Positions 27,678 through 38,015 of a DNA stretch of 64,000 bases are shown here, piece by piece. Positions within the stretch are counted from its first letter, which is position 1; the number at the start of each line of letters is the position of its first letter. The notes under the pieces were generated by a model. That model saw only the letters and a program-made list of their open reading frames with translations. It did not search any database and was not told the DNA's origin. Location of the stretch: positions 124,001-188,000 of IMG/VR virus record IMGVR_UViG_3300037054_000148; one strand, given 5' to 3'. The position numbers and the translations under genes are program-made.

Positions 27678-28138
27678 TGACATCTAAAAATCCAAAATAT
27701 CTCAATTTAGGGCGAGATATTGAGAACGCTACGCTTCGAATGGCTCATATGCGGCGATTAATCGATATGATGCAGGGGTGCCTTGGGTCTGGCGTGACAG
27801 TCCTGGAGTCCTTCAAGGAATTAGATAATAAGGGAAAGTATGCCAAAGTTGAAGGTGAGAAACTGGAACATCTGGTTCAAGTCAAAATGATTTTGTCAAA
27901 TATCCAGGAGTGTATTTCTATCGCTGATAGCGAATTTGAGAAATATGCAAATGAGTTTGACAAATTAGATAAGACATTCATTAGACTGAAGAATGCCCCT
28001 CAACCCAAAGAGAAGAAAGCGGCAGAACCCCAGCCCCAGCTTCCCGAGGCTACAGCAGCCTCATTCCCCGATGCCTTACCGGCTCCCATAGAACCACCCG
28101 AACTGCCCGAATCCCCAGAAGAGTCCAAGGACAACTGA
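27671..28138 (+). CDS. Coiled-coil hypothetical protein with Pro-rich tail
   Basis: 155-aa ORF overlapping the polymerase stop. Confidence 0.65.
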   Translation: MLVTSKNPKYLNLGRDIENATLRMAHMRRLIDMMQGCLGSGVTVLESFKELDNKGKYAKVEGEKLEHLVQVKMILSNIQECISIADSEFEKYANEFDKLDKTFIRLKNAPQPKEKKAAEPQPQLPEATAASFPDALPAPIEPPELPESPEESKDN

Positions 28139-28182
28139 TAAAAATGGACTTTTCCTCCCTTTCGTAGGGAGTTTGGTGGTAT

Positions 28183-30498
28183 ATGGCAGGAAGACGTAGG
28201 CAGACGAGAATCAAAGTAGCAAGTAAGGATATTCCGCAGTTCTCTGTGGGGAAATACTCCAGTTTTGATACCAATGGCACAGTTGTGGACCCCATTAGGA
28301 GTGCCTCCTCTGCTGATGCTAAAGTCAGAATGGCCAATAAGATGCGGAAGAGTGCTGATCTATGGGCTGGAGAGAATGGTCCTGCCAACATTTCTGATTC
28401 TGAGAATATTGGCTATTATAGCTATGAGTTCCCTGTGGATGCGTTGGAACTCCCGCAATCCAGAGCCCAGGAACTCCGATTTTACCGTCTAGCCTATGAT
28501 CGTGACCCCATCGTTGGAAGGGGTATTGATCTCCATACTGAAATCCCCATGAACAAGATCAACCTTGATCGTCCTAAGTGCTCATCTGAGGCTTTTGGAG
28601 ATTACATTTACGACTTCTATCAGGGATTGGTAACCAATTCAAGATTGTTTGAGACCCTTCTTCACGCTAGCCGTGAGTATTGGAACATTGGTGAAGCCTT
28701 CCTATTCGTAGAGGACGACCCTGACATCAAGCCATCTGAGGCGGCTGAAGAGTATGTTCAGGCCATGGATGAACAAGACGATCAGAAAATGGCAGAACAG
28801 GGTCAGTCCCGTTCTTATTTCGAAACTGACAACACCTCTTGGGGTTCTGAAGCGGTCAGCATGACCACCAAGCACTCCTCCGCCAAGTTGGCAGCCCAAT
28901 TGGGGTTTGATCCTCTTGCTGAGACTGACAAGGCTATTCGCAAGAAAGTAGCGGCTCTGACTCAGATTATGAGTGACTTGAAGACCTTGGAAAAGACTGC
29001 TGAGGCTAAACAAGCTGCCCCCCCAGCAGATGATGGAGGTGGAGCAGCCGTTGGAGAATCAACTGATGCCCCAACCGGTGGAGCGGATCTTCCGGCCCCA
29101 GGGGATGAGACGGGTGGGGGTGACGCAGACTTAGGCTTCGAAGACGACACGGCTGGTGGAGGTGGTGGAATTATGCCCTCCAGCGGTGGCGGAGGCGGGG
29201 GAGGGGGCTTTGGTGGCGGTGGCATGGATATGGGCCTGGATGATACGGGCACTGGCATGGAGCAGCCTGTTCCTCCTAAAGACTTAGAAACTCGCAGAAT
29301 GGAAGAAGTGATCAAGCTCTTGAGGAGAAAGAAAGACCTCTTGGAGGAGTTAGAAGATCTTCATGAGATCCGAAAGAACGACTTCGAGCTTTTCTCGCAT
29401 CTGTGCAACAAGAATTACATGGGATTTGACCGTATTCAGCTTCTTCCGCCTGAAAATGTGGAAATCAAGAAATCTTCAACCTTTGGTTCTGAACCTACGA
29501 TATTCTATAAGCCCCCAGAAGACGCCAAGGCGTCCTATATTGACAATCCGGATACCCCGGATGCGGTCCGAGATAGCCTTTCGGCGGATGGGGTCATCCC
29601 CTTGAATGATAACCCATTCAAGGGCTCTTATGCGATTCATTTCGCTCGTAAAAAAGCCCCATTTGAGGATCATGGACGTAGTATTCTTCAGCGTTGCATG
29701 AGAAGTATCATCTACCGTGAGAAGCTCCGTCAGGTCCAGACAACCATCGCTTCCCGCAATATGACCCCTAAAACTTTAGTGGTCGCTCCGGGTGTGGCGA
29801 ATGGAGAATTGATGGCCCTTAGAGGCCATATTGACGAGGCCAAAGCGGATCCGGATTATACCGTAGTGGTGAACTATGAATGCACCTGGAACGAGATTGG
29901 TTCTGAGGGTCGCCTTCTCACCCTGGATGGTGAGTGGAGCCATACCGGCAATGATCTAGCCATCGGTTTGGGCTTCAGTCCTGATATCCTCAACGGCGAA
30001 GGGCTCTACAGCAACACCCGTACTCAGTTGGATATCCTTAGCACTACCTACCTCCAGTTCCGCGCAGTCGTTGCTTATATCGTGCAGGAATTGATATTCA
30101 AGCCCATCGCAATGAAGAAGGGCTTCTATGAGATCGACCGTTATGGCCGTCCCCGCTGGCTCTACCCAGAAGTAAAATTTGGCCGCATGGCTCTTCGCAA
30201 TGCCGGAGAGACCTATCAGATGCTGTTTGATCTTTACCAGAAGGGTTCGGTGCCGGTTAGCGTCCTGCTTGAGCTTCTTGATGTAGACCCAGAAGTTTGC
30301 CGTAAGAACCTGGAGGCTGACCTCTTTACTGTCAATGACTCTAAGTTTAACGCTTTCTTGGAGAACCTCTATAGCAACGTTGCTGGCTCTGGCTCGTTCA
30401 CTACAACTGACATTGCAGATAAATTCAAACGTGCGCTTGGTTTGAAGGAAAAGGATATCGATGAATCTGAGATCGAAGGTTCTGGCGAGGGCATCTAA
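28183..30498 (+). CDS. Portal protein with a large low-complexity internal insertion
   Basis: FYRLAYDRDPIVGRGIDLHTEIP, EYW..GEAFLF and HFARK..PFEDHGRSILQRC..YREKLRQVQ fit large-phage portals; Gly/Asp-rich insert in the middle. Confidence 0.82.
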   Translation: MAGRRRQTRIKVASKDIPQFSVGKYSSFDTNGTVVDPIRSASSADAKVRMANKMRKSADLWAGENGPANISDSENIGYYSYEFPVDALELPQSRAQELRFYRLAYDRDPIVGRGIDLHTEIPMNKINLDRPKCSSEAFGDYIYDFYQGLVTNSRLFETLLHASREYWNIGEAFLFVEDDPDIKPSEAAEEYVQAMDEQDDQKMAEQGQSRSYFETDNTSWGSEAVSMTTKHSSAKLAAQLGFDPLAETDKAIRKKVAALTQIMSDLKTLEKTAEAKQAAPPADDGGGAAVGESTDAPTGGADLPAPGDETGGGDADLGFEDDTAGGGGGIMPSSGGGGGGGGFGGGGMDMGLDDTGTGMEQPVPPKDLETRRMEEVIKLLRRKKDLLEELEDLHEIRKNDFELFSHLCNKNYMGFDRIQLLPPENVEIKKSSTFGSEPTIFYKPPEDAKASYIDNPDTPDAVRDSLSADGVIPLNDNPFKGSYAIHFARKKAPFEDHGRSILQRCMRSIIYREKLRQVQTTIASRNMTPKTLVVAPGVANGELMALRGHIDEAKADPDYTVVVNYECTWNEIGSEGRLLTLDGEWSHTGNDLAIGLGFSPDILNGEGLYSNTRTQLDILSTTYLQFRAVVAYIVQELIFKPIAMKKGFYEIDRYGRPRWLYPEVKFGRMALRNAGETYQMLFDLYQKGSVPVSVLLELLDVDPEVCRKNLEADLFTVNDSKFNAFLENLYSNVAGSGSFTTTDIADKFKRALGLKEKDIDESEIEGSGEGI

Positions 30499-33400
30499 TG
30501 ATTACACAACTTGGAACCCAGTCATGGACCTCTGAAGTCCTTACCGGTAACGGGGAATTTCTGGAAACATCTCCAGGGACTTTTTACGTTGTATCCAATA
30601 GCTTATCTAATGGAACGTTCCAAATATTCAAATCAACAGATCATGGTAATACTTTTACCGCAACCGTAACTTACACATTCCCCACCGTAGGGGACATTGC
30701 GTTTGACCCAGCCATCAGCTATGATGGGACTTTAGTCCATATCATTGGGGCGGTTACCAACGCCACAAATAGCACTCTTACTGACTTGGTAGTCTTTACC
30801 CTCACTCCTGGGTCCACGGACACTCTCTCGGCCCCTTCAATCGTGATTACTGGCACCCGTATTCACTCTGGATACGACATCGTTTCACAGTCTGATGGGA
30901 CGAGCGTTATCGTCACAGCCGTCACCAATCCTACCGTGCCCACTTTGACGAACGATTATACGCTAGTGGGTATCGTCTTAGCTTCGAATAACACAGTAAG
31001 CAGCATCACACCACTACTTGCTCCGGCTTGGGCTGCCTCCACTATGTATGTAGTTGGAAATCGAGTATCCTACGGTGGGGTGGGGTATGTCTGCATCAAA
31101 GCCAACACTTCTGGCTCTTCCTTCGTCACTGATAAGGCGGCTGGGGATTGGGCCGTAGAGTCAATTCGAACCGGTGAGACTTATGGAGCCGTCTCCCTCA
31201 CGACCGATGGAACCACTGTTGAAGCCTACTATACGGCTCACCTTAAAGTATTGACTTTTGGCTCTGCCTTGCAACAAATTAGAGTGCGGACATTCCATAG
31301 TGGAGTATGGTCTGCGGAAACAGTTGTGTATTATTACGCCAGCAATTTCATCGACACCAAGCTCACTGTTCTCCCACTGACCGATCCAACCTATGATCGA
31401 GTCATGTCTCATTTGTATTACACTCAGGTTGGCAATCAGCTTTCCTCAACTCTTCTAGTCGGAACTAGAGCTTATGGAACTTGGCATTTCATTACCTACA
31501 CAGGGTCAACCACTCAGACTTACATGGAGCCAACGCTTATATACGACTCAGGGGATAACATTCACCTTAATTACTTATGGGGGAACGTTAATGCGGGTGC
31601 GGGAGGGCTTTTGGTCTCCAATTTGCTAGACCCCACAACGCTGAAATACACATTCCAACCGGGTCATTATGACCAATTACTCCTAACATGGCTGAGAGGG
31701 ACTAAGAGTGTAGTGGATACAGCCTCTGCCTGGGCTGTGATTGGAGAGCAGACCCCCGCCACCCCCACTATTCCTCCCTCTTACACCCCCTTATTCGTCT
31801 CCTTTTACAACTCTCCCCCTGTGGTAAGTCTAGTTATTGATGCGGGTAACCACACAACCATCACCCCTCCAATTGAGACAGTAAAAAGAGGGGCTGTAAC
31901 TATTCTAGATGCAACAGGAACTTTTGATCCGGATTATGATCCGATGCGTTTCATTTGGAGTAGTGATGATGGGACTGGGCTGGTTCAACTCATCCCAGTT
32001 GCCGGTAACCCAGCCCTTCTCAATGTTGTCATCCCTAATCAGATAGGCCCTTCCTCATTCACCGTGCATATCACGGTTTCCGTAGTTGACCTCGCTCAGG
32101 ATGGCCTCACCCCGCTGCACTCTCCCGTGACCGCCACCGCGACCCTCACAGTTGCAACCACAGCCCCTCCGGTCGTCACCTGGGATCCAGCCCTCTTTAC
32201 TTACAATTCCATGACGAGCCAGTGGGATATCCCACTTCCCCGAAATAGCACGGTTGCCCTGGTTCCAACTATTGTGGGTTCCTACGGGGCGACAGCTAGT
32301 TTCGCCACCAATGTGATGACCCTTCAGACCGTTCCATCTGAAGGAGAGATTGCAATAGGACAGACATTACAAGGGGCTGGTGGCGCACCCAATGCCCTAT
32401 CGGGTCTGACCATTACGGGACTCCTTTCAGGTGTGTTAAATGAGGTAGGATCTATCTACTCGCTTTCCGGAACAGTGGGAACCATCGCAACGGAAGACAT
32501 CTCTACCGGAAGCTACTACCCCTTAACTTATTCATGGGCTCAGATTTCTGGGACACCCATTCCTATCCTGAATAGCACTAGCCTTTCTTATCTTTGGATA
32601 CTGCTGAGCGGAACTTACGTGCTGGGCAGCACTGTGGTTTTCCAAGTTACCGTATCAGATGGGATCAACACTCCAGTGGTCTCCACGGTAGCTGTTGCGA
32701 TCTCAGCTATCAACACTACCGCCCTGGATGGGAATTTCATAAGCAGGGCCGTTTACTCCACTCCAGCCCTATCTTCAATCACCACGCGCAATAATCCAAC
32801 TGATCAGTCAGCCTGGGGTGCCATTGAGGTAGGGCTTGTCACATCAGATTTTGTCCAGATGAAAATCTCTCGGAACTCTGCTACGGGGGCCAGACGACAG
32901 ACTTACATCGGAGATTATTCCATTGCGATTATAGGAGAAGAGGGCTCTGGGGACATATATTATAGGAAGGTGTTCCTCCTTGGAAATGATCGTGGGAAGA
33001 TCGTGGATGCGGTCCTTTTAGAGGATGATGATCTGATGGTTTTGACGGACGATCACCAGCTTCTCCGATACACAGACCTAGGTCTTTACAACATTTCTGA
33101 CTATTATCAGAACTCTATCGATCTTAGCTCTTATTTTTCTGCTAATACGGAAGTAATGTGGTTTTCTGCCACTCCTTCGTTTAATGGCTCTAGAGTTTTT
33201 GCTTTTGCCACCTCAGCAGGGGCTTTCCTCATCCAAGTGGCGGAAACCGGTTTGGTCCTTGGGGATGTTTTGCTCCTATCTACTTCTAGCTTCAATCTGT
33301 ATGGTGGAGACTACATTGTGTTCATTAGATTCCAGCAGGTTGAAAGTCTTCGTCAGGGCACAATTTTGGTGGGAAGCCTCGCCCCCAAGACTCAAACGTC

Positions 33401-33695
33401 TGCTCTTCAATACTTTGAAACGGTGTTCGATCTCAGTCTGAGATCGATTGTTAATGTGTGGGATCGCACCAGCCGTATCAATCAGAGCGTGGTTACGGGC
33501 GAGTTTCTCAGTAACTTCGAGTCCAACTACACCGGAGTTCTCCAGGCTCCCATTCTTACTCTTACTCAAAATACCAATACAGCCGTGACCCTTACGTGGA
33601 CTCAGGTTAGACCAGACTTAGTTGAGACCTATCAAGTATTTGGTAGCTCTACACCTGGGGTGTCGGTGGCCCCACTTTCTGATGCGACGAGCTAG
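30498..33695 (+). CDS. Large beta-rich tail/virion adhesin with carbohydrate-binding and PKD/Ig-like domains
   Basis: Thr/Ser/Val-rich; CBM5/12-like AWAASTMYVVGNRVSYGGVGYVC; PKD-like LDATGTFDPD..FIWS and LTYSWAQISG; ends in half of an FN3 domain. Confidence 0.7.
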   Translation: MITQLGTQSWTSEVLTGNGEFLETSPGTFYVVSNSLSNGTFQIFKSTDHGNTFTATVTYTFPTVGDIAFDPAISYDGTLVHIIGAVTNATNSTLTDLVVFTLTPGSTDTLSAPSIVITGTRIHSGYDIVSQSDGTSVIVTAVTNPTVPTLTNDYTLVGIVLASNNTVSSITPLLAPAWAASTMYVVGNRVSYGGVGYVCIKANTSGSSFVTDKAAGDWAVESIRTGETYGAVSLTTDGTTVEAYYTAHLKVLTFGSALQQIRVRTFHSGVWSAETVVYYYASNFIDTKLTVLPLTDPTYDRVMSHLYYTQVGNQLSSTLLVGTRAYGTWHFITYTGSTTQTYMEPTLIYDSGDNIHLNYLWGNVNAGAGGLLVSNLLDPTTLKYTFQPGHYDQLLLTWLRGTKSVVDTASAWAVIGEQTPATPTIPPSYTPLFVSFYNSPPVVSLVIDAGNHTTITPPIETVKRGAVTILDATGTFDPDYDPMRFIWSSDDGTGLVQLIPVAGNPALLNVVIPNQIGPSSFTVHITVSVVDLAQDGLTPLHSPVTATATLTVATTAPPVVTWDPALFTYNSMTSQWDIPLPRNSTVALVPTIVGSYGATASFATNVMTLQTVPSEGEIAIGQTLQGAGGAPNALSGLTITGLLSGVLNEVGSIYSLSGTVGTIATEDISTGSYYPLTYSWAQISGTPIPILNSTSLSYLWILLSGTYVLGSTVVFQVTVSDGINTPVVSTVAVAISAINTTALDGNFISRAVYSTPALSSITTRNNPTDQSAWGAIEVGLVTSDFVQMKISRNSATGARRQTYIGDYSIAIIGEEGSGDIYYRKVFLLGNDRGKIVDAVLLEDDDLMVLTDDHQLLRYTDLGLYNISDYYQNSIDLSSYFSANTEVMWFSATPSFNGSRVFAFATSAGAFLIQVAETGLVLGDVLLLSTSSFNLYGGDYIVFIRFQQVESLRQGTILVGSLAPKTQTSALQYFETVFDLSLRSIVNVWDRTSRINQSVVTGEFLSNFESNYTGVLQAPILTLTQNTNTAVTLTWTQVRPDLVETYQVFGSSTPGVSVAPLSDATS

Positions 33696-33703
33696 GAGTA
33701 AAG

Positions 33704-34360
33704 ATGTCCGCACCCTTTAGTCTTTTACAAACGATTGGTAGTGGGGCCATAACCACTGCCTCACTGACTGGACTGGACCCCACCCTAACCTATAAATTCT
33801 ACGTAAACTCCACAAATAGTGATGGGACGAGCCCTAATTCAAACGTGGTAACCTTCGGAGCCCCTCCGCTCTTCTTTACTTATCTACCAAAATTCTTTAA
33901 GACTGTTCCTGGCACCTCTGGAATTCTAACTCAACCGGTCACTATGGTGGATGGCTCAGACCCCACCTCTTACACCTGGACCGCTACGTTGACAATGCTG
34001 AGTGTCATCCTTAACTTCCCTCCTAATACCTCTGATGACACCATCTTAAGTATCCCTGCGTCTACCACAGCCCCGACTCAAATCACCAATTATGAGTGGA
34101 CATGGTTCGACCCCGCTACAGGGACATTTTACCTTTCGAATAATTATACTAGCTGGTTCACCAATGGAGCCCGACTTTCGTTTGATGTTACGGCCACCAG
34201 AATTTCAGATGGGTTGATTTTGCAGGGAGCCTATTACTCTTTCCAAGCCCCGCCATCACTTGAGGTTGACCCCCTAACAACTTTTGGTTTTGCAGGATCA
34301 GGATTCCAGCCCTTCGGTCAGGGAACGTTCTCTCAGGGAGTTGTAAATGTCCGCAGTTAG
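33704..34360 (+). CDS. Virion protein beginning with the C-terminal half of a fibronectin type III domain
   Basis: [30 protein letters not shown] matches FN3 strands E-G; AGGAG RBS. Confidence 0.7.
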   Translation: MSAPFSLLQTIGSGAITTASLTGLDPTLTYKFYVNSTNSDGTSPNSNVVTFGAPPLFFTYLPKFFKTVPGTSGILTQPVTMVDGSDPTSYTWTATLTMLSVILNFPPNTSDDTILSIPASTTAPTQITNYEWTWFDPATGTFYLSNNYTSWFTNGARLSFDVTATRISDGLILQGAYYSFQAPPSLEVDPLTTFGFAGSGFQPFGQGTFSQGVVNVRS

Positions 34361-35864
34361 TAAACCCGTAATTCAGACTAATCCATTCGCCTACGCAGGG
34401 TTGAAAAATGCTATCTCGTATGCATCCAACTCCCCGGCTGCCTCCACACATGATGGGTTCCCTCAGACCACAATGCAGCCCATTGCCTTCGGCGGTCAGC
34501 CACCCACCGGTCAAGATTTTAATGGTATTTTCAATTTTATAACCGCTTCTCAGGTTTGGACTAATTGTGGCGGCTACTGGTGGTACGATTCCAACTTTGC
34601 CGATACGATTGGTTATCCAATTGGTGCGGTGTTGAAGACTAACGATTTAGGCTATGAATTTGCCTGTATTGAAGACGGAACAGCCGTGGATCCTAATGTG
34701 AGCGGTCCAGACGGCACCAACTGGGCCTCTTGGGGTGGTCTGGTCTCCGGGGCTTTGAGACATGTTCAAGATACTGGGCTAATTAATGCTCTAGTTGTTA
34801 CCACTAAGCCTATTGTTACCAACCTCTATGATGGCATGAGTTTCAGCGTTGTGGTAAAAAACACTATCACAGGTGCTTGCACATTGAATGTGGGAACGGG
34901 GGCCATCTCTATTGTTCGCTCTGATGGCTCGACCCCCCATCCTAATGATATGGTAGCCGGGGGTTGCTACGAACTTGTGTATGACAAGACCAAGAACAAG
35001 TTCTTTGTTGGCTCCAGTGTGATGGGTGCGACCGGTTCGACTGGTCCGACTGGTGCCCAAGGGCAAACCGGAAAAACTGGGCTGACCGGTGCGACTGGTT
35101 TGACGGGCCTCACAGGTCAGAGTGGGTACACCGGGTACACGGGGTCTACTGGGCCAACTGGTGCGGCTGGAATGACCGGAGCGACCGGTTTGACTGGCAT
35201 TAACGGTAACACCGGCCTGACTGGAATCGTGGGGCCGACCGGACCGCAAGGCAATCAGGGTATCCAAGGTATCCAAGGTATCCAAGGTATCCAGGGTATC
35301 CAAGGTAATCAAGGTAATCAAGGTATCCAGGGGGTGGCTGGGGCTGCTGCCTATTCAGGCTACTTTACTGTGATCAACGGAATGGTTACCGCTGGAGTCA
35401 ACCCAGCCGGTGCATCCATTTCCGGCTCTTCTACCAAGTTGTCAGCCACTTATAATTCAGGTAATACGGTTGAATTCACCGCTAACACTTCCTGCCTTGT
35501 AATCATTGGAGGGTGGCTATGGGCTCAAGGTTATGATGATACGGGCTACGGAGGAGGTCACTGTGGTTACATTGGCTCCATATACAATCAACAGACTAGT
35601 GTCGGAGGGTCCATTACAATTTGGCTTAGTAATGCAAGCAGCAGTGATGGCCTTCCTATTTCTTACATTTTGAATAATCCTTATTGGAACCAGATGGTGC
35701 TCAATAGTTCTGGGAACGCCCCTTGGGCAACGGTTGCGATGGGTCAAATCACTGTTCCCCTGGCCGCAGGACAAGTGCTAGTCCTGACGATGAATAATAC
35801 GTGGAACACTTCCGCTTGGGTTCAGAGCACTTGGTACTGGTACAACTCTATCGCGGTCGTCTAA
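34347..35864 (+). CDS. Tail fibre protein with collagen-like repeats
   Basis: N-terminal [33 protein letters not shown] motif typical of tail-fibre baseplate anchors; central Gly-X-Y run. Confidence 0.85.
   Translation: MSAVSKPVIQTNPFAYAGLKNAISYASNSPAASTHDGFPQTTMQPIAFGGQPPTGQDFNGIFNFITASQVWTNCGGYWWYDSNFADTIGYPIGAVLKTNDLGYEFACIEDGTAVDPNVSGPDGTNWASWGGLVSGALRHVQDTGLINALVVTTKPIVTNLYDGMSFSVVVKNTITGACTLNVGTGAISIVRSDGSTPHPNDMVAGGCYELVYDKTKNKFFVGSSVMGATGSTGPTGAQGQTGKTGLTGATGLTGLTGQSGYTGYTGSTGPTGAAGMTGATGLTGINGNTGLTGIVGPTGPQGNQGIQGIQGIQGIQGIQGNQGNQGIQGVAGAAAYSGYFTVINGMVTAGVNPAGASISGSSTKLSATYNSGNTVEFTANTSCLVIIGGWLWAQGYDDTGYGGGHCGYIGSIYNQQTSVGGSITIWLSNASSSDGLPISYILNNPYWNQMVLNSSGNAPWATVAMGQITVPLAAGQVLVLTMNNTWNTSAWVQSTWYWYNSIAVV
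35025..35345 (+). repeat. Collagen-like Gly-X-Y coding repeats
   Basis: GAT/GPT/GLT triplets, then near-perfect 9-bp CAAGGTATC / CAAGGTAAT tandem repeats (QGI/QGN). Confidence 0.9.
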
Positions 35865-35890
35865 CCGCTCCCTATGGAGTAATAGGTTAG

Positions 35891-36577
35891 ATGGACTTCA
35901 ACTCTCAATTCGAATCTGTGCGCTCCGGACTACTCACCGAACAGACCATTCTACAACGAAACCAAGTCAAGATTGATGATCTGGAAGCTCAGAAAATCAT
36001 GAATACAAAAGCCTTGGGGGTCATAGACAAGGCCATCCAGGTCATCAGTGCAAATGGCATTGGCAAGGTGGAGTCCATCGTTTCAGATGGATTGAAACTA
36101 GTTTTTGACCAGGATCTCCAACTTGTGATTGAACGTAAGGAAGGGGCCAGGGGGGACTCCTATCGTCTCATGGTCCAGGAAGGTGATGTGATTGGCCCCC
36201 CAATCGACACGATGGGTGGGGGCGTGGTCAATGTCATCTCCTTCCTCCTCAGAGTCATCATGATCCAGCGGTTCAAATTGAATAAACTGATCATCTTGGA
36301 TGAAGCGTTCAATAACGTATCAGCGGACCGGCTCCCCAAGGTCTCAGAAATGCTCAAATCTCTCTGTGATGACCACGACTACACTATTTTATCAATAACC
36401 CAGCAGCCCTTGCTGGCGTGTGCGGCAGACCGAGTATTGAGTGTAGAGACGGGGCCGCTCCTGCGGGAGCTTACCTCTGATGAACTGGATGAATTGAGGG
36501 CAAATGGCTCAAATCAAAGTAAAGTCCGATCTGGAGATTCTGGCAAGGCTAAAAGAACTCCTTCAGCGACATCGTAA
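35891..36577 (+). CDS. SbcC/Rad50-like ABC ATPase, C-terminal half only
   Basis: Short coiled coil, signature-like MGGG, Walker B LIILDE, D-loop AFNNVS, H-loop ITQ; no Walker A. Confidence 0.85.
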   Translation: MDFNSQFESVRSGLLTEQTILQRNQVKIDDLEAQKIMNTKALGVIDKAIQVISANGIGKVESIVSDGLKLVFDQDLQLVIERKEGARGDSYRLMVQEGDVIGPPIDTMGGGVVNVISFLLRVIMIQRFKLNKLIILDEAFNNVSADRLPKVSEMLKSLCDDHDYTILSITQQPLLACAADRVLSVETGPLLRELTSDELDELRANGSNQSKVRSGDSGKAKRTPSATS

Positions 36578-36920
36578 ACGATATGTTAAGGCCAGACTCA
36601 AGCCCAAGGGCTCAAACTGTGCTCACAAAGTGTGGGACGATGCGAAAAAGGAGTGGTTCTGTGAGGGCTGTGGGTCCAGAGACCCCGAACTATGCCTCAA
36701 CCCTATGTGTTTCGAGCCTGAACTAACCAAAGAAGAACTGGCCGTGGCCTTCAGGGAGGATATCTGCAATACGCAGCGGATGCTTCGTGATTACCGGGAT
36801 ATTGCCACGCTTTTGTGGGTTCTGAGTCAGTTTGACGATCCGGCTGAGTATGAGCGGACCAAGGAAGGGTTGATTGGAATGGAGCAGCGACAGATCTCTG
36901 ACACTCCGGAGAAAAAATGA
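36504..36920 (+). CDS. Hypothetical protein with Cys cluster
   Basis: CAHK..CEGC..C..C putative zinc site. Confidence 0.6.
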   Translation: MAQIKVKSDLEILARLKELLQRHRKRYVKARLKPKGSNCAHKVWDDAKKEWFCEGCGSRDPELCLNPMCFEPELTKEELAVAFREDICNTQRMLRDYRDIATLLWVLSQFDDPAEYERTKEGLIGMEQRQISDTPEKK

Positions 36921-37012
36921 ACAAAGAGCCTATACGGATTGTCGATGTTGTGGGTATAATAGCTGTAGTGGCCATCCTCTTGGTCGCTCATTTTTTTCTG
37001 CATTGGATCTGA
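36917..37012 (+). CDS. Small membrane protein (31 aa)
   Basis: MNKEPIRIVDVVGIIAVVAILLVAHFFLHWI; overlaps the previous stop (ATGA) and ends 1 nt before the next gene. Confidence 0.45.
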   Translation: MNKEPIRIVDVVGIIAVVAILLVAHFFLHWI

Positions 37013-37013
37013 T

Positions 37014-38015
37014 ATGAAACTTCTGGTTAAAACGATCTACGGTTCTAAACTGTTCGGCACCGCCCTCCCCACTTCTGATACGGACCTAAAAGCCGTGTTC
37101 GTATGCGACATGGAGGGGTTGGTTTTCAATAAAACCGATGCGGAGAACACGGTGGAGGGAAAGGGAAGCCAGAAGGTCGAGTTCGAAGCACACCACATTT
37201 CCAACTTTTGCCGTATGCTCAAGCAGGGGCAGACTCTGGCCTACAGCATGTTGTTCACGCCAAAGGATTTGGTGGTCAGCACCTCTGATGCATGGGAGGA
37301 GTTGGTGGAGAACAAGGCTCGGCTGGTGAGCAAGAATCTTCGGCCCTTTGTCGGCTATGCTCGTTCCCAGGCTCAGAAATACAGTCTGAAGGGGGAGCGT
37401 CTGGCCACTCTTGATCATTTCATTGAGGACATTAAGATGTTCCTGGATGAAAAAGAAGTCACCCCCAATGGTCGTCTTTATGAATCCGCTTTTTGTGGGC
37501 TCATGGAGCATTACAAGGATGCTGAGGGTGCTAGACTTTGGACTGAGCACACAGCCAACATGGACGTTCGGCATATCGAGATCTGTGGCAAGAGTTTCGG
37601 TGAGACTACCCCTCTGAAGTTGTGGGTAACACCCCTGATGGAGCTTCGCAGTCGCTACGGGGGCCGCTCCCAACAGGCCAAAGAGGACAAGGGCATTGAT
37701 TTGAAGGCCATGTATCATGCGGTTCGGATCACAAGTGAGATGAACGAAATCCTCACCACTGGTAGTCTCACATACCCTAGGCCAGAGGCCCCACTGCTCA
37801 TGGATATTCGCAATGGCAAGTTGACGAATCGTGAGGTTGGTGATATCATCGACCGTCTCATCTGTACGGGTGACGAGTTGTTTGAAACCTCCACTCTTCG
37901 GGATAAACCTGATGCTGAGTGGCTGGATGACTGGCAGCTTCGCACTCAAGGTGACGCAGCCTTCTGGGCTTGGAGTAATCGAAATGCCATGGTGAGGCCC
38001 AATGCACGTTCCTGA
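37014..38015 (+). CDS. Nucleotidyltransferase (Pol beta superfamily, YcgL/RlaP-like)
   Basis: YGSKLFGTALPTSDTDLKAVF (GS..xDxD motif) and C-terminal KAMYHAVR..E..TG.LT.PR..LL.IR.G typical of the family. Confidence 0.85.
   Translation: MKLLVKTIYGSKLFGTALPTSDTDLKAVFVCDMEGLVFNKTDAENTVEGKGSQKVEFEAHHISNFCRMLKQGQTLAYSMLFTPKDLVVSTSDAWEELVENKARLVSKNLRPFVGYARSQAQKYSLKGERLATLDHFIEDIKMFLDEKEVTPNGRLYESAFCGLMEHYKDAEGARLWTEHTANMDVRHIEICGKSFGETTPLKLWVTPLMELRSRYGGRSQQAKEDKGIDLKAMYHAVRITSEMNEILTTGSLTYPRPEAPLLMDIRNGKLTNREVGDIIDRLICTGDELFETSTLRDKPDAEWLDDWQLRTQGDAAFWAWSNRNAMVRPNARS

Noticed and set aside
33660-33715. CTGATG word suggesting a hammerhead ribozyme between the split FN3 genes
   Set aside because: No CUGAUGA plus GAAA core and no flanking helices.
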